A DNA stretch of 63,389 nt, the filler included, from Choristocarpus tenellus KU-1152 (lineage: Eukaryota; Protista; Phaeophyceae), in NCBI GenBank assembly GCA_964200185.2. It is 7 parts of 7 records of this genome, joined end to end, with 100 filler letters (N's around TTAATTAATTAA, not from the genome) between each part and the next. Parts side by side here need not be neighbours in the genome. Positions count along the whole stretch, not along the records: positions 51,107 to 63,389 come from CAXNAD020001891.1; 6 more parts are not named here. One strand, 5' to 3'. A program made the translations under genes and the position numbers. Position 1 is the first letter of the stretch; every line of letters begins with the position of its first letter. Shown here one piece after another: positions 62,901 through 63,389 of this stretch. The notes under the pieces are model-generated. The model saw only the letters and a list, made by a program, of their open reading frames with translations. It ran no database searches and was not told the origin of the DNA.

Positions 62901-63184
62901 GGCACCGGCTCTCTGTACCCTCATTTTCGTTATTATTCCTCATCTACTGGTTGGGCTGCAGCCCTTGATCGCCGTCACCCAGGCCTTACCAAAGAATTTT
63001 CCTCAAAATTTGTTGCTGCCTTGCGTGTCTCCTGCTTTGCTTGAAAGGGCACCTGGTTCGGTAGCAGAGGTGAAGTGGGAAGCGGGTAATCCAAATATTC
63101 TCACGGTGGTGTTATCCGACGGGAGTTTTGTGGAGAGGCGTGTGACCAAGAGATCTGCTGAACAACCAGCACCAGGCCAGTTTG
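59980..63184 (+). CDS. DUF6816-like, probably plastid-targeted protein, 3'-partial, 5 exons seen
   Basis: Exons 59980-60274, 60440-60570, 61206-61268, 61790-61872, 63048-63184. N-terminal signal peptide MLLKCIVLLSCTVTLRPVGA; motifs DLYYPEWFAGSW, STPLG, VVADRGFN, GNPNILTV and VTKRSAEQP resemble this cyanobacterial/plastid family. Confidence 0.75.
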
Positions 63185-63285
63185 GTGCGAGTTTTATCTG
63201 GCGTTGGTTCTATGCCGCTTGCTCCCATACATAACAACTGTGGCACTGTTAGTTATCTGTTTGTATCATCAGGCGATATATTATG

Positions 63286-63389
63286 ACCCAAAGTATCTGG
63301 GGGGGGGGGGGGGGGGGGCCCCGCGCGGGGGTTCCATTTGGCCCAAAACAAGGAAACCCGCCATCTATTTTTTCCTCCACCGTTGGAAA
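63286..63389. mobile_element. Partial MITE copy at window end
   Basis: GACCCAAAGTATCTGGGGG...TCCATTTGGCCC. Confidence 0.7.

Overview
Intron-rich eukaryotic DNA, most consistent with a photosynthetic stramenopile, probably a brown alga (inferred from TTAGGG tracts, introns mostly 0.2-3 kb, and a bipartite plastid presequence). It is not one locus: seven contigs are joined by six artificial 100-bp linkers (N44-TTAATTAATTAA-N44), so neighbourhood across linkers carries no meaning. Genes reconstructed by hand from splice sites and reading-frame phase: (A) 3' part of a zeaxanthin epoxidase (+); (B) an intron-split, bacterial-type EcxA/DUF4953 met-zincin protease (-); (C) 5' half of CTP synthase (-); (D) first exon of bifunctional DHFR-TS (-); (E) first exon of plastid dihydroxy-acid dehydratase (-) beside a nested copia/MITE/non-LTR cluster and a RING-variant ORF; (F) fragments of a basic, probably nuclear protein (+); (G) a protein with three LOTUS/OST-HTH-like repeats and a DUF6816-like plastid protein (both +). 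Window-wide signals are CpG-rich 5' ends over CpG-depleted gene bodies, strong transcribed-strand G/T skew, many short interstitial telomere repeats, and a recurrent ~180-bp MITE with 3-bp TSDs. No CRISPR array, rRNA or tRNA was recognised. All family calls come from motif recognition, not database searches.
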